Below, in pieces: positions 16,051 to 16,325 of a stretch of 16,325 nt of DNA; position 1 is the first letter of the stretch, and each line of letters opens with the position of its first letter. The DNA lies in the IMG/VR virus record IMGVR_UViG_2529292981_000039. One strand, written 5' to 3'. The translations under genes were made by a program, and so were the position numbers. Below the pieces are notes generated by a model. The model did no database searches, was not told the DNA's origin, and saw nothing but the letters and a program-made list of their open reading frames with translations. Source of the stretch: a virus (taxonomy: Duplodnaviria > Heunggongvirae > Uroviricota > Caudoviricetes).

Positions 16051-16325
16051 TGCCACTGCTGGATAAGCTGCGTGAGCAGTACGGGGTCGGACCGGTATGC
16101 AGCGAACTGCATATTGCCCCGTCAACGTATTACCATTGTCAGCAACAGCGACATCATCCGGATAAACGCAGTGCCCGTGCGCAGCACGACGACTGGCTGA
16201 AGAGAGAGATACAGCGCGTATACGATGAAAATCATCAGGTGTACGGTGTGCGTAAAGTCTGGCGTCAGTTGTTACGGGAAGGAATCAGGGTGGCCAGATG
16301 TACAGTGGCACGTCTCATGGCGGTT
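16047..16325 (+). CDS. IS629-like transposase OrfB (DDE catalytic part), 5' portion only; truncated by the window end
   Basis: Begins [30 protein letters not shown]... in the -1 frame relative to orfA, overlapping the AAAAAA slippery run at the orfA end. Confidence 0.85.
   Translation, partial: MMPLLDKLREQYGVGPVCSELHIAPSTYYHCQQQRHHPDKRSARAQHDDWLKREIQRVYDENHQVYGVRKVWRQLLREGIRVARCTVARLMAV

Larger units (their letters stand above)
15670..16325 (+). mobile_element. IS3-family insertion sequence (IS629/IS1203-like), left end and first about 650 bp; continues beyond the window
   Basis: Terminal sequence TGAACCGCCCCGG... at 15670, followed by orfA and a -1 frame-shifted orfB at an A-run, the typical IS3 architecture. 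Confidence 0.85.

Noticed and set aside
1-16325. CRISPR arrays, rRNA or tRNA genes, and prophage attachment sites
   Set aside because: No array of regularly spaced direct repeats and no rRNA- or tRNA-like structure was seen. The prophage left end (attL) should lie beyond position 1, past the integrase gene, and the right end lies beyond the window.

Overview
This window reads as the early half of a Rac-like lambdoid prophage from an E. coli-type enterobacterium, identified from the ORF translations and motifs visible by eye; no database search was run. Minus-strand genes run from the left: tyrosine integrase, excisionase, YdaC-like, RalR/Lar, RecT, RecE, RacC-like, YdaE-like and a Rha-family protein. 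The immunity region has a short HTH repressor without a LexA-type peptidase domain, divergent from a Cro-like/YdaT-like pair, with matching AACAC-N5-GTGTT palindromes on both sides. Rightward follow the replication genes (YdaU-like initiator with internal 19-bp palindromic iterons, DnaC-like loader), three hypothetical genes, an AT-rich two-gene cargo island, a hok-type type I toxin locus and nin-region genes, ending in an IS629-like IS3-family element that truncates a gene. The most interesting candidate for an undescribed system is the cargo island (about 12000-13860): a 216-aa protein with no recognisable domain, translationally coupled to an XRE-HTH fused to an ImmA/IrrE-type HEXXH metallopeptidase.
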